Assembly (NCBI GenBank): GCA_965262915.1
Contig: OZ253564.1
Location: 928,001-992,000 of the forward strand
DNA length: 64,000 nt
Direction: 5' to 3'
Origin: Candidatus Spongiisociaceae bacterium
Lineage (GTDB): Bacteria > Actinomycetota > Acidimicrobiia > Spongiisociales > Spongiisociaceae
The notes beneath the pieces are model-generated. The model was not told where the DNA came from. It saw only the letters and a list, made by a program, of their open reading frames with translations, and made no database searches. Within the stretch, counting starts at the first letter, position 1. Each line of letters opens with the position of its first letter. The translations under genes and the position numbers were made by a program. Positions 9,820 through 18,237 of the stretch are shown here, one piece after another.

Positions 9820-10383
9820 TTATTCCACTCCGCGGGGAACCGTGTCTCGGATAACGGCACCATTGTGGTTGACGACTGTGTACACCGGAACCGCCCGGCG
9901 CGAGAATGCTCCGAGAGGGCAACGAGCATCGCCCCATTCGATCATGGCGAGGACGGCGCTGGCTGATGAGGGACTATCCACGTGTACGTCGAACACCAAC
10001 CACTGGATATGGACCGGCTTGTCGTCGAAACCATGCTCCCCACGCAGATCAAGGTGGGTGGTGATGTTCATTCGCATCCCTTGGACATCACAACCTGCGA
10101 AGGCGGCCCCCTTGGCGTACCAGCCGAGCATGCAGAAGGCGATCCCGCTGAGAAAATACCTGATCGGGCTCGGACCCCGCTCGTGCCCTCCCCGGTCGAA
10201 GGCTTCATCCCCGAAGAAGGTGAACTCCCGGTCGTACTGGATGAAGGAGGACTGGACGCTCACATTCTCGATAACCTCGGCAGACACGTAGGGATGAACC
10301 AGACCGGCCGCGTGGTTGCCTCCGAGCTTCTCCACCACGCCCAAGTAGTTGGACTTCAGCTTTCCGTGATCAACGATTCCCAT
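9820..10383 (-). CDS. OsmC/Ohr family protein
   Basis: DE...GG...GPSP...FC and RCP two-cysteine pattern. Confidence 0.8.
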   Translation of the reverse strand: MGIVDHGKLKSNYLGVVEKLGGNHAAGLVHPYVSAEVIENVSVQSSFIQYDREFTFFGDEAFDRGGHERGPSPIRYFLSGIAFCMLGWYAKGAAFAGCDVQGMRMNITTHLDLRGEHGFDDKPVHIQWLVFDVHVDSPSSASAVLAMIEWGDARCPLGAFSRRAVPVYTVVNHNGAVIRDTVPRGVE

Positions 10384-10386
10384 CGT

Positions 10387-11388
10387 CTAGCTCCTCCTAT
10401 CGGCTTGCGGCACGTTCGACCGGGCGATCTCGGCCCGCACGATCGGTAGAACGGACCGGCTGATCTCCTCGATGGTCTCCTCGAACCGGTCGAACTGGTT
10501 ACGCACGTCGAACGTGAAATGGTCGAACCCTCGGTTGTAGTACTCCAGGACGCCGGTCGCTACGTCGGCGGCGTCACCGACTAGCACCACGCCCCGGATG
10601 TCCTCGATGGTGCGGAAGCCGCCCCCGGGTGGGGTAACCCAGTTGCGCTTGCCATCTCTCGACATCCGGTCCACGTCTACCCCGCTCCGAGCCCGTTCCC
10701 GGTCGTCGTCGAGGATCGTGCGGGGGGTGGCCGAGAGGAAGAGCCGGTCGATGCCGCCGAGGAGTTCGCGCATGTAGGCGAGCCGGGCATCGACGGTCGT
10801 CAGCGGAACCGTGCCGGCCAGCCACCCGTCCGCATGGCAGGCCGCGATCCGGGCCGCCCGCCGGGACGGTCCCCCGTACAGGATGGGTAACGGGGATTGG
10901 AGCTTGGGTTCGAGGGATGCCTTGTGGACTCGGAATATCTCCCCCTCGAAGGTCACCCCGTTCTCGGTCCACAACCGGCGGACGATGTCGATCATCTCGA
11001 CGACCGCCTGGTGTTTCCGGCGAGGGTCGATGCCAGCGGCGCGCAGCTCGCCGCCGTGGCCGGCCCCGAAGCCTGCGATGACCCGTCCCCCGGTGAGGTA
11101 GGAGAGCGTCATGTACTGCTGGGCGACCCGGATCGGGTGGCGCACCGGGATCATCACCCCGGTTCCGATGACCACCCGTTCCACGAGGGTTCCCAACCCG
11201 ACCAGGGTGGTGAACGGTTCGAGGAAGGTCATATCGGAATGGTCCTCATGGCTGTGCGGGTGCCAGAGGAGGTGATCCCGGGCCCACACCGCATCGAACC
11301 CCAGACGTTCGATGAGCTTGATGCCATCGATCAGGCGGGTACGGGAGGCGTGGGGACCGAAGTGCGGGAGCAGAATCCCGAATGTCAT
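10387..11388 (-). CDS. LLM class flavin-dependent oxidoreductase (paralog 1)
   Basis: FGILLPHFG, LGFDAVWARDH and ADGW; start could extend to GTG at 11436. Confidence 0.9.
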   Translation of the reverse strand: MTFGILLPHFGPHASRTRLIDGIKLIERLGFDAVWARDHLLWHPHSHEDHSDMTFLEPFTTLVGLGTLVERVVIGTGVMIPVRHPIRVAQQYMTLSYLTGGRVIAGFGAGHGGELRAAGIDPRRKHQAVVEMIDIVRRLWTENGVTFEGEIFRVHKASLEPKLQSPLPILYGGPSRRAARIAACHADGWLAGTVPLTTVDARLAYMRELLGGIDRLFLSATPRTILDDDRERARSGVDVDRMSRDGKRNWVTPPGGGFRTIEDIRGVVLVGDAADVATGVLEYYNRGFDHFTFDVRNQFDRFEETIEEISRSVLPIVRAEIARSNVPQADRRS

Positions 11389-11548
11389 CCCCGTTTCGGG
11401 TCTCCGGAGGGGATGGCTGTCCAGATGCCGGCTCACGTCGGCCCCGGAGTCGGCGGGTGGGATGGCATCCCGGCACCGGGCCGCTCTCGGGCGATAGGCA
11501 TGCTTCCGTGTCTGCTGGATCGCACCGCGTCTCGTCGGCCCCGGTCTC

Positions 11549-12565
11549 TCAGAATGCTTTGGGCCGCCAGGAGGACAACCGGGCTTCCACCGCCTTGGTG
11601 ATAGCGATCATGATCGCTCCCAGCACCATCAGCAGAAAGGCCATGGCAAAGAGCCGGTCGGTGTGGTAGGCGGCCCTCGCGTCCCGGATCACGAATCCCA
11701 ACCCCGGTACACCGATCAGGAACTCCGCCACTATCACCGCAATGAGGGCCCGCTGCACCGCAATGCGAAGACCGGAGGCGAGAAAAGGGACGGCCCCGGG
11801 CAGGAGGATCTTCCAGAACATGTGCCGGTCCCTGATGACGAGCAGCACCACGGTGGCGAACAGCAGCACCACGCCCTGTACCACGGTGAGCCATCCCGCC
11901 GCGGTGGCCAGGAATGCAACGATGAGCACGATCGCTCCCGTCCATTCGTCGACTGCGCCCTTGCCTGCCCGGAGGTTGAAGGCGTAGGAGACCTCGTTGT
12001 ATTCCTTCATCAACTCGTGCACACCCGCCGCTGTGGAGAAAGCGATCAGGACCGAGCAGGCCACCACGACGCTGGCGATCACGAATTTGGACAGGGGAAC
12101 CTGGACCCCCGCCGCTACGAAGCGGGTCCCGATACCGAACCAGATCACCATGATCGGCACGAAAGCCACCCGGGGCACCGAATAGATAGCTGCGAGGTAG
12201 GGATCGAGTGCCACCCGGAAGACCCGGTACCGGCCGATCAGGAAGCCGATCGTCACCCCGACGATGAACGAGAGAACGATGCCCACCACCAGCGCCCCCA
12301 ACGACTTGCCGAGCAGTTCCCAGAAGCTCCCCTCGATGTACGGGAGCACCTCTTCGGCTCCCAGCAGCCTCCAGAGTTCGCTGACCGTCCTGGTGGGCTG
12401 CGAATACCACTCGGGTTTGCGACCTCCGAACACCTGCCAGAAGGCCAGGAACAGCACCACGCCGATAACCTGAAAAACCCTTATCCGGTTGATCGGGAAT
12501 GAGAACCGGGTAGGTCCGCCCGGTGGTGAGGTGTCCACCAGGTCCGGCGAGCGGGCGCCGGTCAT
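11549..12565 (-). CDS. ABC transporter permease, NitT/TauT/SsuC family, with internal insertion
   Basis: YSVPRVAFVP, WFGIG and VAEFLIGVPGLG; ATG at 12565 has AAGGAG and ATGA overlap with the upstream permease. Confidence 0.9.
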   Translation of the reverse strand: MTGARSPDLVDTSPPGGPTRFSFPINRIRVFQVIGVVLFLAFWQVFGGRKPEWYSQPTRTVSELWRLLGAEEVLPYIEGSFWELLGKSLGALVVGIVLSFIVGVTIGFLIGRYRVFRVALDPYLAAIYSVPRVAFVPIMVIWFGIGTRFVAAGVQVPLSKFVIASVVVACSVLIAFSTAAGVHELMKEYNEVSYAFNLRAGKGAVDEWTGAIVLIVAFLATAAGWLTVVQGVVLLFATVVLLVIRDRHMFWKILLPGAVPFLASGLRIAVQRALIAVIVAEFLIGVPGLGFVIRDARAAYHTDRLFAMAFLLMVLGAIMIAITKAVEARLSSWRPKAF

Positions 12566-13407
12566 ATCGACTCCTTGATGCTCCACGGGGTGACCCAGCG
12601 CTCGAGCAGCCGCAGACCGATGTTGATGGAGACTCCCACCGCCATGACGGTCAGCATCGCGGCGAAGGTCGTGTCCATCCGGAACTCGTTGGTCGCGTTG
12701 CCTATCAGGCCGCCGATGCCCTTCGCCTCCAGGAAGAACCCGGCCAGCACCACTCCGACCATACCGTGGAGGAGGCCCAGCCGTAGACCGGTGATGATGT
12801 AGGGAGCGGTTGCCGGTGCCACGATCTTGGTGAGCATCATGGCTTCGGGGATGGAATAGGACCTTGCCACGTCCACGTATTCGGCGTTGGTCACCTTTAT
12901 GCCGTCCCTAACGGTGAAGAAGACCTCGAAGAAGCTGAAGAGGATCACGACCAGCACCTTGGCGTTGAACTGGTAGCCGAGCCAGAGGGCGATGATCGGA
13001 AGCAGGGCAATCTTGGGCGTCATGAAGACCCCCACGAAGACCGGCTCGACGGTGTTGTCGATCGACCGGTAGCGTCCGAGGAGAAACCCCAGCAGGATAC
13101 CGGCCACGGCCGAAATGGCCAGGGCGGTGAACATGATCGCCAGGTCGGCTCGCCAGGCTTTCCACAACTCGCCGTTGACGGTCATCTCCCGGAGGGCTTC
13201 CCATGTCCTGGTCGCCGATGCGAAAGTGGCGGTGTGGGTGCGCCTTCCGAAGACCTCCCAGCCGGTGAGGATGACCGCCAGGGTGAGTACCCGTATCGTC
13301 CAACTCGACTGGAAGAGGTCCAGTGCACGCCCGAGAGGACCAGCGACTCCGGAAGCCAGGTAAGTAGAACCCCGCTCCCGGGCGGTCAGTGTCTTGACTG
13401 CGGCCAT
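12562..13407 (-). CDS. ABC transporter permease, NitT/TauT/SsuC family
   Basis: TPKIALLP, EYVDVARSY and IITGLRLG; ATG at 13407 preceded by GGGGAG. Confidence 0.9.
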   Translation of the reverse strand: MAAVKTLTARERGSTYLASGVAGPLGRALDLFQSSWTIRVLTLAVILTGWEVFGRRTHTATFASATRTWEALREMTVNGELWKAWRADLAIMFTALAISAVAGILLGFLLGRYRSIDNTVEPVFVGVFMTPKIALLPIIALWLGYQFNAKVLVVILFSFFEVFFTVRDGIKVTNAEYVDVARSYSIPEAMMLTKIVAPATAPYIITGLRLGLLHGMVGVVLAGFFLEAKGIGGLIGNATNEFRMDTTFAAMLTVMAVGVSINIGLRLLERWVTPWSIKESI

Positions 13408-13554
13408 ATGCGTTTGCTCCCCGTCCGAACAATCCGGCCAGGAGAATGCCGACCATCCGATCGTCGCCCCAGTCTTCCAACCGCGACATCGGGTGTCCAG
13501 CACCCTCCGGGAACCTTAGCGCCAGGTCCTCGCAAACGTTCGGTTACCCGGCGG

Positions 13555-13601
13555 CCTGCAGGCCTGCCAAGCCCCCTGAGGGGAGCTAGCAGGCCCGCAG
13601 G
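13555..13601 (-). terminator. Intercistronic stem-loop downstream of the binding-protein gene
   Basis: CCTGCAGGCCTGC...GCAGGCCCGCAGG 13-bp stem with inner CCCC/GGGG pairing. Confidence 0.5.
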
Positions 13602-13628
13602 TCCGTTCCTATGTTCCCTCCGTCCGGC

Positions 13629-15776
13629 CTATGCCGAGCCGAGGATTTCGAGTGCTTTGTCCTGGAACTCGAAGGTGACGAGTTCTTCGACGGTGTACTC
13701 ACGGTCGACCGCTTCGAATGAGAAGGAGGTGTCCAGGGTGGTCTGCATGAGGTCGTAGTCGAGCGATCCGTTTACGGGCCACATGTCGAGCTCATCGATG
13801 AGGTTGTCGTAGTCAAGCGAAGCAGCTTCGGGGGTGAGCCGTTCGTTCACGGACATGGCGTAATCGATCCACCGCTGCTTGTCGTCCTGCGCCCAGCGGG
13901 CCGACTTCAGCGAAGCGATGTTGAACGCCAGCGCGATGTCGGGGTTGGCCTCCACCCAGTCCCGCTCGGCATACCAGATCGAGGAGATCTGGGGGTTGGA
14001 CTCCCAGCCGGCGCAAAGCATGTTGTAGGCGCCTTCGCCTTCGTTGAGGGTGAGCTGGGTAAGACGCCAAGTTGCTGAGATTCCCCCGACGACCTGCCCC
14101 GACGTGATCGCCTGGGTCGCTTCACCGGTGTGCGCCAGGCGCACCAGCTGCACGTCGTCGACGGTCATTCCCACGTCAGCCAAACACTTCTGGAGGGTCT
14201 GGCCGGTGATCTGGTTCAGGCTCTGGGTCGCTGCCACGGGCTGGCCGCGCAACTCCTCCATCGACGATATCGGCGCCTTGGCGGCGATGATGAACGAGTT
14301 CTTCTGGTCGTCACCACCGAACGCTACGAAGTCCGAACCCGCCGACACCGCATTGGCCATACCGGCCAAAGACAGCTGACCGACCGCTACTTCACCGGCG
14401 ATAGTCGCCGCTACCAGCGGATCCGAGTCCAGAAGCCGGAACTCAACATCGAGACCGAAATCATCCCGCAGGAAGTCCATCGTCCGGAACGCCCCTGTCA
14501 ACGAAGCGTTCGGGAACCCCGAACTACCGACCACCACCGACTGGCCCTCGATACGAGACCGGATATCGGCGATCGTCGCTTCCGCATCCATCATCTCATC
14601 CTCAGGCATTGCGCCCATGGATCCGACATCAGGGTTGCGTTCGGCGACGCCGAGGATTTCGACTGCTTTGTCCTGGAACTCGAAGGTGACGAGTTCTTCG
14701 ACGGTGTACTCACGGTCGACCGCTTCGAATGAGAAGGAGGTGTCCAGGGTGGTCTGCATGAGGTCGTAGTCGAGCGATCCGTTTACGGGCCACATGTCGA
14801 GCTCACCTAGGAGGTTGTCGTAGTCAAGCGAAGCAGCTTCGGGGGTGAGCCGTTCGTTCACGGACATGGCGTAATCGATCCACCGCTGCTTGTCGTCCTG
14901 CGCCCAGCGGGCCGACTTCAGCGAAGCGATGTTGAACGCCAGCGCGATGTCGGGGTTGGCCTCCACCCAGTCCCGCTCGGCATACCAGATCGAGGAGATC
15001 TGGGGGTTGGACTCCCAGCCGGCGCAAAGCATGTTGTAGGCGCCTTCGCCTTCGTTGAGGGTGAGCTGGGTAAGACGCCAAGTTGCTGAGATTCCCCCGA
15101 CGACCTGCCCCGACGTGATCGCCTGGGTCGCTTCACCGGTGTGCGCCAGGCGCACCAGCTGCACGTCGTCGACGGTCATTCCCACGTCAGCCAAACACTT
15201 CTGGAGGGTCTGGCCGGTGATCTGGTTCAGGCTCTGGGTCGCTGCCACGGGCTGGCCGCGCAACTCCTCCATCGACGATATCGGCGCCTTGGCGGCGATG
15301 ATGAACGAGTTCTTCTGGTCGTCACCACCGAACGCTACGAAGTCCGAACCCGCCGACACCGCATTGGCCATACCGGCCAAAGACAGCTGACCGACCGCTA
15401 CTTCACCGGCGATAGTCGCCGCTACCAGCGGATCCGAGTCCAGAAGCCGGAACTCAACATCGAGACCGAAATCATCCCGCAGGAAGTCCATCGTCCGGAA
15501 CGCCCCTGTCAACGAAGCGTTCGGGAACCCCGAACTACCGACCACCACCGACTGGCCCTCGATACGAGACCGGATATCGGCGATCGTCGCTTCCGCATCC
15601 ATCATCTCATCCTCAGGCGGGGCGGTCTCGGTGGGCGTCTCCGTGGGTGCCGTTTCCTGGGTAGCCTGCGTTGTCACGGTTGCTTGGCTGGTCGCGGCGG
15701 GTTCGTCGTCTCCGCCGCAGGCCACGACGAGCAATGCGAACCCGAGTAGCAACGCCAACAGCCTCTTGTGTTTCAT
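13629..15776 (-). CDS. SsuA/NMT1-type substrate-binding lipoprotein with two tandem near-identical domains
   Basis: Lipobox LVVAC, Thr/Pro linker and AGGAGG RBS; two copies of a ~323-aa domain. Confidence 0.88.
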   Translation of the reverse strand: MKHKRLLALLLGFALLVVACGGDDEPAATSQATVTTQATQETAPTETPTETAPPEDEMMDAEATIADIRSRIEGQSVVVGSSGFPNASLTGAFRTMDFLRDDFGLDVEFRLLDSDPLVAATIAGEVAVGQLSLAGMANAVSAGSDFVAFGGDDQKNSFIIAAKAPISSMEELRGQPVAATQSLNQITGQTLQKCLADVGMTVDDVQLVRLAHTGEATQAITSGQVVGGISATWRLTQLTLNEGEGAYNMLCAGWESNPQISSIWYAERDWVEANPDIALAFNIASLKSARWAQDDKQRWIDYAMSVNERLTPEAASLDYDNLLGELDMWPVNGSLDYDLMQTTLDTSFSFEAVDREYTVEELVTFEFQDKAVEILGVAERNPDVGSMGAMPEDEMMDAEATIADIRSRIEGQSVVVGSSGFPNASLTGAFRTMDFLRDDFGLDVEFRLLDSDPLVAATIAGEVAVGQLSLAGMANAVSAGSDFVAFGGDDQKNSFIIAAKAPISSMEELRGQPVAATQSLNQITGQTLQKCLADVGMTVDDVQLVRLAHTGEATQAITSGQVVGGISATWRLTQLTLNEGEGAYNMLCAGWESNPQISSIWYAERDWVEANPDIALAFNIASLKSARWAQDDKQRWIDYAMSVNERLTPEAASLDYDNLIDELDMWPVNGSLDYDLMQTTLDTSFSFEAVDREYTVEELVTFEFQDKALEILGSA
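13638..15618. repeat. 970-bp direct repeat (13638-14607 and 14649-15618)
   Basis: Offset 1011 bp, unique 41-bp spacer, only 4 mismatches spotted by eye. Confidence 0.95.
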
Positions 15777-15877
15777 TTGAACTCCCTCCTGTAGATGCAG
15801 GGTGCGCGAGGAGCCCCGCCACCACTTGTTTCAATGCACTGCACATGTTGCACATGCAGCATCCAAGGTTCGCATAA

Positions 15878-15888
15878 TGTATACAGAG
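15878..15888. promoter_or_regulatory. TGTATACAGAG box upstream of the binding-protein operon
   Basis: Identical to 7976-7986; TGCACATG direct repeats nearby at 15840-15856. Confidence 0.55.
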
Positions 15889-16030
15889 TCGCCAACCGTC
15901 GCAACTAACGGACAGCCGGCCGGTTCCTTCGATATGACGATTTGGGTGATAGCCATAGTTTCAGATCGGTAGCGGCACGTAGACACCAATATGGCTGAAC
16001 GCCCTACAGATTTGTGATCGCTCTACGTGT

Positions 16031-17041
16031 CTATTGTCGTAGCCGGGTCCTACCAAATGCGGGGATGACCTCTGAGCCGAGTTGCTCGATACCGTCTTCG
16101 AAGGCGTCCATCCTCTCTCGCAGATCGAGAACCACCTCATCCACCCCTCGGCCCTCCAATTCATGGAGGTCTGTGATCACATCGTCGGCATTCCCGGCGA
16201 TCAGCGCCCCGCGCAGGTCATCCGCCGAGTCGAAGGGCCCATCCGGGCGCCAGGCCGGCTTCCGACGCGACTCCTCGAGAATCCCCTCGACGTTGACTTT
16301 GGCCAGGGCGCGCTCCCGGTTCCGGTCGAGGGAGACCAACGGGACGATGGCGACCCGCATCTTCTTGTCGGTGGCTTCGGCCTCTCCCCGGAGGCGTGCG
16401 GACAATCGATCGAAGACCCGCAGAGGGCACCGGCCGGGGAACCATCCGTCGGCGAAACGGACGGCCCGCCGTATTGCCGCCAGGCTGGATCCGCAATAGA
16501 GCAGCTCCAAGTCTCTCGGTGGGGCCGGGTCCAGCGTGAGATCATCGAATCCGATGAGTGACCCTCGATGGGATGCATGGGGCTGGGACGTGGCCCGCAG
16601 AACCGTCACCATCTCCTCGAACAGGGCCAGGCGATCGTCGATCGAGAGTCCGGCCAGCCGGAAGGCGTTGGGCTGACCGCCCAGCCCGACGCCGAGCACC
16701 AGCCTCCCGCGAGCCAGGTAGGCGAGCGACCCGACCATCTGGGAAAGCACCACGGGCGGGCGTATGGGAACGAGGGTCGCCATCCCCACGGTGAGGTCGG
16801 TGGTTGCCGCCACGGCGCTCATGGCTATGAAAGGATCGACGAAGTGGTGGCTGGGGTTCTCGAACGACACGCCGCCGGCGAAACCCAACTGATCCCGGAA
16901 GTAGACGCTCGAGAATCCGAGTTCCTGCAGGCGCGGGCCGATCCCGAACACCCGATCCCAGGTCGAGTGCGGGCCGAAGTGCGGTATCAGGAGACCGAAG
17001 CGGAGGCTCATTGCTGTCGGATGTTCATCGGTACCGGACAT
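16031..17041 (-). CDS. LLM class flavin-dependent oxidoreductase (paralog 2)
   Basis: FGLLIPHFG, LGFSSVYFRDQ and ADGWFPG; alternative ATG at 17011. Confidence 0.9.
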   Translation of the reverse strand: MSGTDEHPTAMSLRFGLLIPHFGPHSTWDRVFGIGPRLQELGFSSVYFRDQLGFAGGVSFENPSHHFVDPFIAMSAVAATTDLTVGMATLVPIRPPVVLSQMVGSLAYLARGRLVLGVGLGGQPNAFRLAGLSIDDRLALFEEMVTVLRATSQPHASHRGSLIGFDDLTLDPAPPRDLELLYCGSSLAAIRRAVRFADGWFPGRCPLRVFDRLSARLRGEAEATDKKMRVAIVPLVSLDRNRERALAKVNVEGILEESRRKPAWRPDGPFDSADDLRGALIAGNADDVITDLHELEGRGVDEVVLDLRERMDAFEDGIEQLGSEVIPAFGRTRLRQ

Positions 17042-17051
17042 CGTATACGAT
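17040..17051. promoter_or_regulatory. ATCGTATACGAT palindrome between divergent genes
   Basis: Perfect 12-bp palindrome with GTATAC core, flanked by opposing ATG codons. Confidence 0.55.
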
Positions 17052-17052
17052 C

Positions 17053-18237
17053 ATGCCCGTGCCTCCCGGATCTGACGGACCCGTCCGGGTAGCCGCGGTT
17101 CAGGCGGCCCCGGTATTTCTCGACCGGGCTGCGTCCTTGCAGAAGGCTTGCAGTCTGATAAGCGAGGCCGCGGCTGCCGGCGCCCGGCTGATCGCCTTCG
17201 GTGAGAACTTCCTCCCGGGACATCCGATCTGGTTCCACGCGCTGCCGCCCACCGCCGGTCGTTCGAGGGAACTCGCCACCGCCATGGTGGAGAACGCTCT
17301 GACCGTCCCGGGCCCGGAGAGCGACCTTCTGTGCGAGGCCGCTCGCAGTGCCGGAGCGATGCTGGTCATCGGATTCGTCGAACGTCCCGACCCTCGGGTG
17401 AGCGTGGTGTTCGACAGCCAGCTGGTCGTGGCGCCGGACGGCGAGCTGCTCGGCGTGAGGAGAAAGCTGGTGCCCGCCGTGGGCGAGCGGGTCTTCTTCC
17501 ATCCGGGGGGAGAGGAGTCGATCCGGATATTCGATTCGCCGTGGGGACCGGTGAGCGTGCTGGCGGGAGGGGAGAACTCCAATCCGCTCCTCACGTATGC
17601 GATGCGCGGTCTGGGCGCCCGGATCCATGTGGCTCTCTGGCCGCCTCATTTCCATGCCCCCGGCGTGATGCACAACGTCGTGTCGATCACGGGACGGGCT
17701 ATCGCGTACCAGAACACGGCCCACGTGCTCTCCGTGGCAGCTTCATCCGACCTAGCAGCCGTGGCTCGCGTGGAGGCCGGAGCCGATCACCGGGGCAACC
17801 TCGAAGCCATGACCGAGGAGCCGGGGTCCATGATCTACGCACCTCGCGGCACCGTTCTGGCCGGCCCGCAGCGCGGCGAAGGCATCCTGTATGCGGACAT
17901 CGACCCGAATGCCGGAACCTGGGCGCAGCTCGTGAACCGTCAATACGATCGTCCCGATCTCCTGCGGCTCGCCTGGGGTCGGGAAGATGAGCCGCAGGCG
18001 GAGAGCCCACGTGTCGGGGCGGGCACGGACCCCGGGGACTCTTGCACCGGGCAGGATTCTTGGTCGGGGCGTGCCCGGCGACTGATACAGGACCGGTTCG
18101 GGGACGCGCTCGAACCTGCTGATACCGAGGCCCTGGTTCCCTACGTGGTCCAGATCCTCCGTAGGACGGAGAAGCTTGCGCAGCTTGTCCCGGCCTCGGT
18201 CGATCCCCGCACTGCCATGTATGCGGGTGGGCGGTGA
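17053..18237 (+). CDS. Nitrilase-superfamily protein lacking the catalytic Cys, with C-terminal extension
   Basis: VAAVQAAPVFLD, GENFLPG (Glu), RRKLVP..ER (Lys); LAGGENSNP in place of LxCxEN. Confidence 0.85.
   Translation: MPVPPGSDGPVRVAAVQAAPVFLDRAASLQKACSLISEAAAAGARLIAFGENFLPGHPIWFHALPPTAGRSRELATAMVENALTVPGPESDLLCEAARSAGAMLVIGFVERPDPRVSVVFDSQLVVAPDGELLGVRRKLVPAVGERVFFHPGGEESIRIFDSPWGPVSVLAGGENSNPLLTYAMRGLGARIHVALWPPHFHAPGVMHNVVSITGRAIAYQNTAHVLSVAASSDLAAVARVEAGADHRGNLEAMTEEPGSMIYAPRGTVLAGPQRGEGILYADIDPNAGTWAQLVNRQYDRPDLLRLAWGREDEPQAESPRVGAGTDPGDSCTGQDSWSGRARRLIQDRFGDALEPADTEALVPYVVQILRRTEKLAQLVPASVDPRTAMYAGGR

Noticed and set aside
11436-11544. 12-bp direct repeat CGTCGGCCCCGG flanking about 85 bp
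   Set aside because: Could be a target duplication, but it is GC-rich, has no terminal IRs and no second copy of the insert
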